From: an uncultured Alphaproteobacteria bacterium | GTDB taxonomy: Bacteria; Pseudomonadota; Alphaproteobacteria; Micavibrionales; CSBR16-224 | NCBI GenBank assembly: GCA_937941575.1 | Contig: CALDHH010000075.1 | Coordinates: forward strand, 1-49,180 | DNA length: 49,180 bases | Direction of reading: 5' to 3' | In this document: piece after piece, positions 35,726-44,975 of the stretch | How the letters are laid out: every line of letters begins with the position of its first letter | Numbering within the stretch: the first letter of the stretch is position 1 | Made by a program: the position numbers and the translations under genes | The notes under the pieces: model-generated | The model's input: only the letters and a program-made list of their open reading frames with translations | Told to the model about the DNA's origin: nothing | Database searches by the model: none

Positions 35726-35950
35726 ATGGGTTACAATATTAATATCGTGAGTGATATTTTTAATAAAGCATCAGAATTATTTGATGGTAATGAAAAAAAA
35801 GTAAGCAAATGGATGAACACATCAAATACAAACTTTGGTGGAAGTTCTCCTCTATCTGCTTGTAAACCATATGATGGTGCAGTAAAAGTTGAAGAATATC
35901 TTGATAGAAAATTGCAAGAAAAGAAAAATATACAAACCAATACGAAATAA
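35726..35950 (+). CDS. Small protein resembling the Xre/MbcA/ParS antitoxin C-terminal toxin-binding domain (DUF2384-like)
   Basis: A..LF.G.....S.WM...N..FGG.SPL......DG...V..YL fits my recollection of the DUF2384 consensus (W-[LM]-x3-N-x2-[LF]-G-G-x-[ST]-P). SD AAGGGG upstream. No HTH domain and no adjacent toxin gene. Confidence 0.5.
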   Translation: MGYNINIVSDIFNKASELFDGNEKKVSKWMNTSNTNFGGSSPLSACKPYDGAVKVEEYLDRKLQEKKNIQTNTK

Positions 35951-36061
35951 GAACTATTACAAATTTAAACATCTTTATGTTACCAATCTGTATTAAATTT
36001 TGAAGAATATATTTTCCCAAAAAAGTGATTATTTTTAATTTACGTTTAAGGATTTTAATGC

Positions 36062-37468
36062 ATGTTGCATAATGGCGATGAAAATAACTTTGTAGAAGAT
36101 GCTAAAGCTATCGCTAATAAAAATAATATTGAAATCTCAAATAATGAATGGTCTATTTTATGCGCTAAGATTACTGATGAAATTGGTGATGTTGCTTATA
36201 AAAACTGGATAATGCCTCTACAATATTCCAAATTTGAAAATGGTAAGCTAGAGATCTTAGCTCCAACTAAATTTATGGCTAATTGGGTATCTGCCCATTA
36301 TTCTGATTTAATCCGCAGTATTTGGGCATCGCTTTCTGGTAATGTAGAATATTTGGATATCCAAGTTTCTGATAAGATCAAAGCAGATAATATTAAAACA
36401 AAATCTACTAAAACTGATTCCTCTGCTCCTAAAAAAATGGATGATTTAACATCCAGATTAAACCCAAAATTTACATTTCAAAATTTTATTGTTGGTAAAC
36501 CGAATGAACTTGCTTATGCAGCGGCTAAAAAAGTTGTTGAGAATTCAAAGAAGGTTACTTTCAATCCATTATTCTTCCATGGCGGAGTTGGGCTAGGTAA
36601 AACCCATCTAATGCATTCGATTGCTTGGGCAATTAAAGAACAGAATCCAGATCGTAATGTTGTGTATTTATCAGCAGAAAAATTCATGTATCAATTTATC
36701 CAAGCTCTGCGTTACAAAGATACTATGGCATTCAAAGAAATGTTTAGATCCGTTGATGTTTTAATGATTGATGATGTTCAATTTATTAGCAGTAAAAACG
36801 CCACTCAAGAAGAATTCTTCCATACATTTAATGCTTTGGTTGATCAGAATAGACAGATAATAATTTCTGCCGATAAAAGCCCATCTGATTTAGATGGGAT
36901 AGAAGAGCGTTTAAGGTCAAGGCTTGGTTGTGGACTGGTTGCAGATTTACACCCGACTACTTTCGAACTTCGTCTTGGAATATTAGAGGCTAAAAGAGAT
37001 GAGCTAGAAGTTGATATTCCTAAGGAAGTATTAGAATTTTTAAGCCATAAAGTAACATCAAATATCCGTGAATTAGAAGGTGCTTTAAACAGAGTTGCCG
37101 CCCATGCGGATTTAATCGGGCATAGAATTACAATTGAAACGACCAAAGACGTGCTTAGAGATTTATTAAGATCTAATCAAAAATATATCACAATTGATGA
37201 TATTCAGAAGAAAGTTGCCGAGCATTACAATATTAGGATTGCTGACATGCATTCAGCCAAACGTTCAAGGAATGTTGCAAGACCTAGACAGGTTGCGATG
37301 TATCTATCTAAAAAGCTAACTAGCTCTTCCTTACCAGAGATTGGGCGTAAATTTGGTGGGCGTGATCATACGACTGTTATGCATGCTGTTAAAAAAATAA
37401 ATGAATTAATTGTAACCGATCGTGAATTAATGGAGAATATAACTGTACTTACTCGTGCAATCTCTTAA
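36062..37468 (+). CDS. dnaA: Chromosomal replication initiator DnaA
   Basis: AAA+ Walker A GGVGLGKTHL, Walker B VLMIDDVQF, sensor SADKSP, and C-terminal DNA-binding helix (RPRQVAMYLSKKLT...IGRKFGGRDHTTVMHA). SD AAGGA 9 nt upstream. Confidence 0.97.
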   Translation: MLHNGDENNFVEDAKAIANKNNIEISNNEWSILCAKITDEIGDVAYKNWIMPLQYSKFENGKLEILAPTKFMANWVSAHYSDLIRSIWASLSGNVEYLDIQVSDKIKADNIKTKSTKTDSSAPKKMDDLTSRLNPKFTFQNFIVGKPNELAYAAAKKVVENSKKVTFNPLFFHGGVGLGKTHLMHSIAWAIKEQNPDRNVVYLSAEKFMYQFIQALRYKDTMAFKEMFRSVDVLMIDDVQFISSKNATQEEFFHTFNALVDQNRQIIISADKSPSDLDGIEERLRSRLGCGLVADLHPTTFELRLGILEAKRDELEVDIPKEVLEFLSHKVTSNIRELEGALNRVAAHADLIGHRITIETTKDVLRDLLRSNQKYITIDDIQKKVAEHYNIRIADMHSAKRSRNVARPRQVAMYLSKKLTSSSLPEIGRKFGGRDHTTVMHAVKKINELIVTDRELMENITVLTRAIS

Positions 37469-37485
37469 TTAATAGGCGTTTTTTT

Positions 37486-39423
37486 ATGCATAAACTATTT
37501 TTATCTATCCTAACTGTAATCTTTATCAGTTTCACAAGCTTTGCCTATGCAAGCTCAACCCCTCAAATATCAGATTATTCAGAAACTAGAATCCTAAGCT
37601 CGGTTAATTCAATTGCAGTAGATAGCGATGAGATATTATTAGGGGTAGAAGTTAAATTAAAAGATGGTTGGAAGACATATTGGCGGATGCCTGGTGATGC
37701 CGGATATCCACCTGAATTTGATTGGTCTGAATCAAAGAATCTAAAATCAGCTAAAATATTATATCCAGCACCTAATCGCTATATCCTACAAGGCCTAGAC
37801 AATTTTGGTTATAGCAAAAGAGTAATCTTTCCAATAATTGTAAAATTAGAAAATACGGGACAAGCTTTAGAATTAAATCTAAAATCAAATATCTTAGTTT
37901 GTGAAGATCTATGTATTCCACAGAATTCTGAACATAGCTTAATAATCAATGCAGGTAATGGCGAAACATCTGAATATGCAGCAGATATACAAGAATTCAA
38001 AGATAAGCTACCCAAATCTGGAAAAAATGACGATTTTGCATTTGGAAGTTTTAAAATAGACAATGCCAATCAAACTCTAGAAATTCAAGCTTTCATGGCT
38101 GTTGAGCCTAAAAATCCTGATTTATTTATTGAGAATAAGGAAGCTTTTGGCTTTGATAAGCCCAGCTACAAATATAATAACAAAACTCAAGAAGCTATTT
38201 TTACCTTAAAATCACAAACTAGATTGTTAAATAATGAAACCCTTAGTGGATTAATAAAAGACCAAGATATATTACTTACCTATAAAGACGATAATATTGC
38301 CTATGAAGCAATGGTCGAAGAGAAGATCATAATTACAGAAGGTAATAGCATCCCAGTATCCGTTTCAGATGAAGAAGAAACAAGTATTCTGATTATTATC
38401 CTAACTGCCCTAATTGGTGGATTCATATTAAATTTAATGCCCTGTGTTCTACCCGTATTATCATTAAAGATATTATCAGTAATTGGTCATGGCAATTCCG
38501 GATTAAAGGAAATCCGCAAAGGCTTCTTTATTTCTGCCCTTGGAATAATCTCGTCATTCTTAGCAATTGCTTTATTTATAATAGTCTTAAAATCCACAGG
38601 CTCAACCATAGGTTGGGGTATACAATTCCAAAGTCCTTTATTCTTAAATTTCCTAATTATTATTCTGGTTCTATTTGCATTAAATCTATTTGGCTTATTT
38701 GAAATCCCAATTCCAAAGATCATTGCCAAAACCACTAATAAAACCCATGAGCATGAGCCTACGATGATTGGGCATTTCATGACTGGTGCATTTGCAACCT
38801 TATTGGCAACACCCTGTTCTGCTCCATTTTTAGGCACCGCAATCGGCTTTGGTCTATCGCAAGGGACTCCTGAAATTCTAATGATATTTACATCACTTGG
38901 TATTGGTATGGCTATACCTTATTTGGCAATTGCAATCTTCCCAAAATCCGCAACTCTATTACCAAAACCAGGTAAATGGATGAATGGGTTAAAGAAAATA
39001 TTGGCAATAGCTTTATTAATAACAGCCCTATGGTTGATAAAAGTTGAAATAGCAATCCTTAACCCAAGCAATGATATATCTAGTAGCCAAACTTGGATAA
39101 AATTTGATGAGGCTAAGATTGACGAATATTTAAAAGAAGATAAAATAATTTTCGTTGATGTGACGGCTGATTGGTGCATAACTTGTAAAGCGAATAAATC
39201 CTTAGTCTTAGATACTGATGAAATAGAGAAATTACTATCTCAAGAAAATATAATTGCAATGCGGGCTGATTGGACAAGACCAAGTGATGATATTGCCAAT
39301 TACCTAAAGAAATACAATAGATTTGGGATACCGTTTAACATCGTATATAAAAGCGGATCAGCACCAATAGTGCTACCTGAATTACTTACGAAAGATAAAG
39401 TTATTAACGCAATTAAAAATTAA
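37486..39423 (+). CDS. dsbD: DsbD/ScsB-family transmembrane thiol:disulfide reductase
   Basis: Signal peptide, periplasmic N domain with LVCEDLCIP, and a CcdA-like TM core with LNLMPCVLPVL and ATPCSAPFLG. C-terminal thioredoxin domain has DWCITCK. Confidence 0.88.
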   Translation: MHKLFLSILTVIFISFTSFAYASSTPQISDYSETRILSSVNSIAVDSDEILLGVEVKLKDGWKTYWRMPGDAGYPPEFDWSESKNLKSAKILYPAPNRYILQGLDNFGYSKRVIFPIIVKLENTGQALELNLKSNILVCEDLCIPQNSEHSLIINAGNGETSEYAADIQEFKDKLPKSGKNDDFAFGSFKIDNANQTLEIQAFMAVEPKNPDLFIENKEAFGFDKPSYKYNNKTQEAIFTLKSQTRLLNNETLSGLIKDQDILLTYKDDNIAYEAMVEEKIIITEGNSIPVSVSDEEETSILIIILTALIGGFILNLMPCVLPVLSLKILSVIGHGNSGLKEIRKGFFISALGIISSFLAIALFIIVLKSTGSTIGWGIQFQSPLFLNFLIIILVLFALNLFGLFEIPIPKIIAKTTNKTHEHEPTMIGHFMTGAFATLLATPCSAPFLGTAIGFGLSQGTPEILMIFTSLGIGMAIPYLAIAIFPKSATLLPKPGKWMNGLKKILAIALLITALWLIKVEIAILNPSNDISSSQTWIKFDEAKIDEYLKEDKIIFVDVTADWCITCKANKSLVLDTDEIEKLLSQENIIAMRADWTRPSDDIANYLKKYNRFGIPFNIVYKSGSAPIVLPELLTKDKVINAIKN

Positions 39424-40328
39424 AAAGCCGGAATAGTTTTACTAAAACCTCGGCCTTTAATGGCTTGTGATATTCTAGCAATTTCCTGCTCATTACTTTT
39501 GCTAAAATTGCCAATAAATTGTGAATCTTGGCTTAGATCAATTGGAATGTTTTTTAGGTAATTGCCTTGCTCTATTACTTCACCAATTGAGGTAAATGTT
39601 TTGAAATCTTTAATTCCTATCCCAGATTTTCTATCAACCTCATATTCAAGATTTGCTGCCATATATTCTGTGCCAGAATTAATAATTGTAGGTTTTTCTT
39701 GTAAGACATCTAATAATAATGCTGAATTATATATACATCTACTATCGTAGTAATCTTTAGCATTCGAATCAGAATAGAAGCCACAAAAACCACCCCATAA
39801 AACTTCATGGCCTTTTAAATAATCCGGAGATTGCTTTAATGATTGGTCAGCAATTTTTAAATATTTTTTCTGCCTTGGATTCAAATCAATTTTTATACCC
39901 TGATTTAAAAGTTCAAAGATTATAAGGGTTTCAATAGCAGCTGCATCCGCCTCAATTAGCCTTATTTTATTCGCATAGTCTTTAATATTATCTAGAACAG
40001 TCGGTATAAACCCATTAAAATCCTGCCAAGCGTGTCTTAATTCATGCCCAAGTGCAATTGCCAATTTCTCATTTTGAACATGAGCCGATAAGGCAATAAA
40101 CCCTGATCTTGGAACATAATAAGCAATATTATTTTCAGATTGATTATCTAGCAAGATTTCAACTGAATTATCATCAGCCCATTCAAGTAAATCTGAACCA
40201 GTTTGAGATAATGATAAAATATCTTTTATCTGATTAACCCTAGAATTATCAAATTCTATTCTCTCCGATGTTTGAACCGATATAATTCCAGATATAGCAT
40301 TCAGCCATTCTTCTTTTTTTATAAACAT
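39420..40328 (-). CDS. Hypothetical HExxH-motif protein (putative zinc metallopeptidase-like)
   Basis: The only motif is ALGHELRHAWQD (HExxH), with acidic candidate third ligands ~25-30 aa downstream (IEADAAAIE). No signal peptide or TM. Its stop overlaps the dsbD stop (TTAA, 39420-39423). Confidence 0.6.
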   Translation of the reverse strand: MFIKKEEWLNAISGIISVQTSERIEFDNSRVNQIKDILSLSQTGSDLLEWADDNSVEILLDNQSENNIAYYVPRSGFIALSAHVQNEKLAIALGHELRHAWQDFNGFIPTVLDNIKDYANKIRLIEADAAAIETLIIFELLNQGIKIDLNPRQKKYLKIADQSLKQSPDYLKGHEVLWGGFCGFYSDSNAKDYYDSRCIYNSALLLDVLQEKPTIINSGTEYMAANLEYEVDRKSGIGIKDFKTFTSIGEVIEQGNYLKNIPIDLSQDSQFIGNFSKSNEQEIARISQAIKGRGFSKTIPAF

Positions 40329-40397
40329 TATTATGCTCTATTGTTAATTTCTATTCAATAACACATAATACATCATAGCTTAACTTATGTCAACATA

Positions 40398-40733
40398 TTA
40401 TAGTGATAATCTGCCTTCAAAGAAGCTCTCATCACGGTTAAATTGCCAAGGCCTATTAGTAGCGCATTTATTGATCTCTATTTTTTCCCAAACTTTGCCT
40501 GTTACATATGGTTCAATATCCAACCATTCTTGTAATTCTTTTTCGGATTTAAAATCCATGAATAAAGATGAGCCCTTCATCTTACCATTATCATCTAATA
40601 TAGCTGCTCCGTACCACATATTACCTGAGGCTACTAATTTATCTCCTAAATCTATATGATTTTGTCTAACTGCTAATCTTCGCTCCAAAGCTTTATCATC
40701 AGTGTAATCGAAAGCTACTATTAAAAACTGCAT
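40398..40733 (-). CDS. YciI-like family protein
   Basis: MQFLIVAFDYTDD...R..H......L..SG..W.GAAILDD.G...GS..F.DF.S..E...W...DPY..... matches the YciI-type pattern as I recall it. SD AAGGA upstream. Confidence 0.7.
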   Translation of the reverse strand: MQFLIVAFDYTDDKALERRLAVRQNHIDLGDKLVASGNMWYGAAILDDNGKMKGSSLFMDFKSEKELQEWLDIEPYVTGKVWEKIEINKCATNRPWQFNRDESFFEGRLSL

Positions 40734-40751
40734 AGATTTTATCCTTTTATA

Positions 40752-43337
40752 TTAATATAGGCCACCAGTACCTAGAGTTACGCTTGAAGACCCCGAAGAT
40801 GACCCACTTGAACCTTGGTCATTACCGTAATCTAATATTGGGCTTAGCCCATCATCAAACATTACTGGATTTGCACTTGGCTCTGTACCAGCGGTGAACG
40901 CTTCCCAAATTACTTTTGTATCGCCAGGCATTGCCCTCGTTCCATCATTTGCATCAACTTGTACTAATCTTATCCCATAAGGTTGACGAAATGGGGTTGC
41001 TGGTACATCTTTTAATGCTTCTTTCATAAATTGTTTAAATACTGGAACGGCTAATCTACCACCTGTTTCGCCCTTACCCATCGGTTTTGGATCATCAAAA
41101 CCGATATAAACTCCTACTACTAAATCTGGGGTAAACCCTATAAACCAAGCATCTTTTTCTTCATTAGTTGTACCTGTTTTACCAGCGATAGGTCTCTTTA
41201 ATGATTTTAACCCCACTCCTGTACCTCTTTGGATCACACCTTCCATGATTGATGTCATTTGATAGGCATATCTTGGGTCAATTACATTTTCTCTAGTATC
41301 TGGTATCTGTGGAACCGATTTACTTTGTGCCCATGGGATTAAAGGCCCACATCCATAACATGGTCTTTTATCATGCACATATAAACCCTTACCATGTCTA
41401 TCTTGTATTCTATCTATCACTGATGGCTCAACTTTTTTACCGCCATTTACGATCATTGAATATGCAGTTACCATCTTCATTAATGTAGTTTCACCTGCAC
41501 CTAAGGACATTGATAATACTTCTGGCATATTCTCTGTAATGCCTAATCTTTCTGCCAGTTCTTTTACTTTATCCATACCAATTTTATTGGCCAGACGTAC
41601 AGTCATTAAGTTCCTAGATTTTTCAATTCCGATACGTAATGGGGTTGGACCATAGAAATTATTACTGTAATTTGATGGTTTCCATTTTCCAAGTCTACCA
41701 CCTTGGTCAATCACAAAAGGTGCATCAAGAACAAGAGTTGCCGGAGTATAACCTTCGTATAGAGCAGTTAAATATACGATTGGTTTAAAGGCAGAACCTG
41801 GTTGACGTTTGGCTTGGGTAGCACGATTAAACTCACTAATCTCATAAGAGAAACCACCAACCATCGATAAAACGCGACCAGTATGTGGATCCATTGCAAC
41901 CAGAGCGCCCTGAACTTTTGGTATTTGTCTGAAGTAATAAACTTTTACACCATCTACATCTTCTTTTGCATCTTCGGTCAAAACAACATCACCAATTTTT
42001 AAAACATCTGATACTCGTTTTACTGCAGGTCCTAAATAACCTTTTTTCTTTTGTTTTCTAGCCCATTTCATTTTATTAAACGTAATTATACCTTTGCTAC
42101 CATCAGCAAAACCAATATCAGCTTTTTTATTGTCTGATGTTAAAATTACCGCCATTTTCCAATCTTCAGCACCATCTGGAATCTCAACATTTATAAGCTC
42201 TTTTTGCCATTCTTTTAAATTCGTAATCTTTGTAATTGGCTTGGAATGCAATCCATGTCTGGTATCATAATCTACTAAACCCTTACGTAATGCTCTGGCT
42301 GCTATTTCTTGCATAAATGGATTAACTGTTGATCTTACTAATAACCCACCTTCATAAAGGCTTTTATCGCCATAAATCTCAGCAATCTTACGTCTAATTT
42401 CTTCTGCAAAATATGACGCTTTGAAATATTTTCCGCCATCATCGAGCACTATCTTCAATGGCTTTGCTTTTGCAATATCTGCTTGCGCTTCTTCGATATG
42501 CTTATTAATCAACATTCGATCAATCACCCAGTTTCTTCTACCAAATGCTGCTTTATATTTTTTAACAGGATGGTAGTTATTTGGCGCTTTTGGCAAAGCT
42601 GCTAGGAAAGCGGCCTCTTCGATTGATAATTCATTCAAGGATTTATTAAAATAATGCAATGATGCTGCAACAACACCATAAGCACCACCACCAAGATATA
42701 TTTCATTCATGTATAATTCTAAGATTTGATCTTTTGTGAATGCCTTTTCTAGGCGAAAAGCCAATAAGGCTTCTTTAATTTTTCTTTCATATGATGCTTC
42801 ATTGCTAAGCAGGAAGTTTTTTGCAACTTGCTGAGTGATAGTTGATGCACCGACTAATCTTCTACCTTTACCAATATTCTGTATATTTACAACAATCGCT
42901 CTTGCAACACCAGTTAAGTCAACACCTGAATGAGTATAAAAATTCTTATCTTCTGCCGATAAGAAAGCATCAATCACTTGTTTTGGAATTACTTTTATTG
43001 GAGTAAACACTCTTTTTTCAGTTGCAAATTCCGCCAGCAATCTACCATCACCAGAATAAACTCTGGTAACAATTGGTGGTTCATATTTTTTTAAATGACT
43101 ATGACTTGGTAAATCTTTACCAAAATACATTAATACAAAGACAATTCCCGCGATTCCCGTAATACCTGCCAAGATCCCCATTGATATAAACATCAAGAAT
43201 ATTTTTGAAAATATACTACTAGATTTCTTCTTTTTTACAGGTTTAACGACCACCACTTCATCAGCATCATTTTCAGAATTTGAGTTTTCTGGTTTTGGTC
43301 TTAAATTTCTTTTCTCTGCGCGTAGATCTTCGGTCAT
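40752..43337 (-). CDS. mrcA: Class A penicillin-binding protein 1A (bifunctional transglycosylase/transpeptidase)
   Basis: N-terminal TM. GT51 motifs EDKNFYTHSGVD, GASTITQQVAKN and RKIKEALLA. Transpeptidase motifs SAFKP (SxxK), SRN and KTGTT. Ser/Gly-rich C-terminal tail. Confidence 0.95.
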   Translation of the reverse strand: MTEDLRAEKRNLRPKPENSNSENDADEVVVVKPVKKKKSSSIFSKIFLMFISMGILAGITGIAGIVFVLMYFGKDLPSHSHLKKYEPPIVTRVYSGDGRLLAEFATEKRVFTPIKVIPKQVIDAFLSAEDKNFYTHSGVDLTGVARAIVVNIQNIGKGRRLVGASTITQQVAKNFLLSNEASYERKIKEALLAFRLEKAFTKDQILELYMNEIYLGGGAYGVVAASLHYFNKSLNELSIEEAAFLAALPKAPNNYHPVKKYKAAFGRRNWVIDRMLINKHIEEAQADIAKAKPLKIVLDDGGKYFKASYFAEEIRRKIAEIYGDKSLYEGGLLVRSTVNPFMQEIAARALRKGLVDYDTRHGLHSKPITKITNLKEWQKELINVEIPDGAEDWKMAVILTSDNKKADIGFADGSKGIITFNKMKWARKQKKKGYLGPAVKRVSDVLKIGDVVLTEDAKEDVDGVKVYYFRQIPKVQGALVAMDPHTGRVLSMVGGFSYEISEFNRATQAKRQPGSAFKPIVYLTALYEGYTPATLVLDAPFVIDQGGRLGKWKPSNYSNNFYGPTPLRIGIEKSRNLMTVRLANKIGMDKVKELAERLGITENMPEVLSMSLGAGETTLMKMVTAYSMIVNGGKKVEPSVIDRIQDRHGKGLYVHDKRPCYGCGPLIPWAQSKSVPQIPDTRENVIDPRYAYQMTSIMEGVIQRGTGVGLKSLKRPIAGKTGTTNEEKDAWFIGFTPDLVVGVYIGFDDPKPMGKGETGGRLAVPVFKQFMKEALKDVPATPFRQPYGIRLVQVDANDGTRAMPGDTKVIWEAFTAGTEPSANPVMFDDGLSPILDYGNDQGSSGSSSGSSSVTLGTGGLY

Positions 43338-43362
43338 TTTTATTTCTTCTTATTATTTTTTA

Positions 43363-44139
43363 TTATAATTGCATCTCAATTGGTCCAGTAGCACGACCAT
43401 TAATAAATTGATCCACATATTCATTCCCAGAATTCTCAATTTTATCGACACTATCATGCCAGATAATTTTTCCTTCAAATATCATTGCCACATTATCAGC
43501 AATCTTTTTAGCACTCGCCATATCATGGGTAATTGTTAAAGTTGTTGCTCCTAAATCTTTAGTACATTTCACAATTAAATCATTAATCACATCCGCCATA
43601 ATTGGGTCAAGCCCAGTTGTTGGCTCATCAAAGAATATAATCTCTGGATCTTCTGCGATTGCACGTGCCAATGATACGCGTTTTTGCATTCCGCCTGATA
43701 ATTCGGCTGGATATCTGGTGGCAACATCGCTTTTTAAGCCAACGGCTCTTAATTTTTCAATTGCCAAATCATAAGCATCTGATTTCGACATTTTACCTTT
43801 TTGCATTAAAGCAAAAGCGATGTTTTCCCAAACAAGTAAACTATCGAATAAAGCGCCACCTTGGAATAACATTCCAAATTTGCGCATTAGGTTATCTTGC
43901 TCTTTATTCGATATATTATTTACCTCTTGTCCATCGACCTTAATTACACCTTTATCTGGTTTAATTAGGCCTAGAACTGTTTTTAACATTACTGATTTAC
44001 CGCTACCTGATCCACCAATAACTACCAATGATTTTCCTTTATTCACGGATAAATCAATACCGTTTAAAACATGGTTATTACCAAAGCTTTTGTAAACTCC
44101 GCTTAAAGAAATCTTTGTTTGTTTATTATCATTAGTCAT
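43363..44139 (-). CDS. mlaF: MlaF-like ABC transporter ATP-binding protein
   Basis: Walker A GGSGSGKS, LSGGMQKRVSLARA and IIFFDEPTTGLDP. Start overlaps the mlaE stop by 1 nt (TAATG). Confidence 0.85.
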   Translation of the reverse strand: MTNDNKQTKISLSGVYKSFGNNHVLNGIDLSVNKGKSLVVIGGSGSGKSVMLKTVLGLIKPDKGVIKVDGQEVNNISNKEQDNLMRKFGMLFQGGALFDSLLVWENIAFALMQKGKMSKSDAYDLAIEKLRAVGLKSDVATRYPAELSGGMQKRVSLARAIAEDPEIIFFDEPTTGLDPIMADVINDLIVKCTKDLGATTLTITHDMASAKKIADNVAMIFEGKIIWHDSVDKIENSGNEYVDQFINGRATGPIEMQL

Positions 44140-44954
44140 TATGAGAAAAATACCTGCGTTAGAACATAGTTAAATATTAAGATTAAAATTGATGAAGAAA
44201 CAACCGCATTCGTAGTTGCAGCACCAACACCTTGAGCGCCTCGTCCAGAATTAAAGCCGCTATAACAACCCATTAATGTAACGATAAATCCAAAAACTGA
44301 GGCCTTAATCAAACCAGACATTACATCATCATATTCCAAGAATTCCCAAGTTTTATGAATGTAATTCTCTGGACGAAAATCAAGTGAATAAACGCTTACT
44401 AAATAACCACCAAATACACCAATAATATCACCAACGAATACCAAAGCAGGTAACATTAGAACCCCTGCGATAATTCTAGGGGCAATTAAATATTTAAATG
44501 GATTGGTTGATAATGTTACCAAAGCATCAATCTGTTCAGTCACTCGCATGGTTGCAATCTCGGCTGCAATTGAGGCACCGATGCGACCTGCTACCATTAA
44601 ACCTGCTAAAACAGGAGCTAGCTCTCTGGTGATAGATAAAACAACAACCGTTGCAACTGCACTCTCAGCATTAAATCTTGAAAATCCAGTATAGCTTTGT
44701 AATGCTAAAACCATCCCTGTAAATAAAGCGGTCAAACCAACAACGGGTAGTGAATAATAACCAATATTGATAATTTGACGCATGATTAGGGCTGGATAAA
44801 ATGGTGGAGTGAAGCTGTGATAAATTGCTTTACCTGCAAAAATTGCAATGCGACCAATTCCACCAAGGAAGGCTGTAATTGTTGTACCGATTGCTTCACA
44901 GACATCAAGAACCCAAGTAATTGGATTGAATTTTGTTTTTTCTTTAATGCTCAT
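44139..44954 (-). CDS. mlaE: MlaE-like ABC transporter permease
   Basis: 271 aa, multi-TM, with the conserved MlaE-type block ESAVATVVVLSITRELAPVLAGLMVAGRIGASIAAEIATMRVTEQIDAL. Confidence 0.85.
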   Translation of the reverse strand: MSIKEKTKFNPITWVLDVCEAIGTTITAFLGGIGRIAIFAGKAIYHSFTPPFYPALIMRQIINIGYYSLPVVGLTALFTGMVLALQSYTGFSRFNAESAVATVVVLSITRELAPVLAGLMVAGRIGASIAAEIATMRVTEQIDALVTLSTNPFKYLIAPRIIAGVLMLPALVFVGDIIGVFGGYLVSVYSLDFRPENYIHKTWEFLEYDDVMSGLIKASVFGFIVTLMGCYSGFNSGRGAQGVGAATTNAVVSSSILILIFNYVLTQVFFS

Positions 44955-44975
44955 TTTATAAAACTCTATTTTTCT

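Noticed and set aside
35731-36020. Two minus-strand ORFs (69 and 86 aa) opposite the DUF2384-like gene and the dnaA upstream region
   Set aside because: They are hydrophobic, Phe/Ile/Leu-rich antisense products with no SD. The plus-strand ORF has an SD and a recognisable domain pattern.
35951-36061. oriC / DnaA-box cluster next to dnaA
   Set aside because: No TTATCCACA-like (TTWTNCACA) 9-mers appear on either strand in the rpsT-dnaA region. In Alphaproteobacteria the origin is commonly not adjacent to dnaA.
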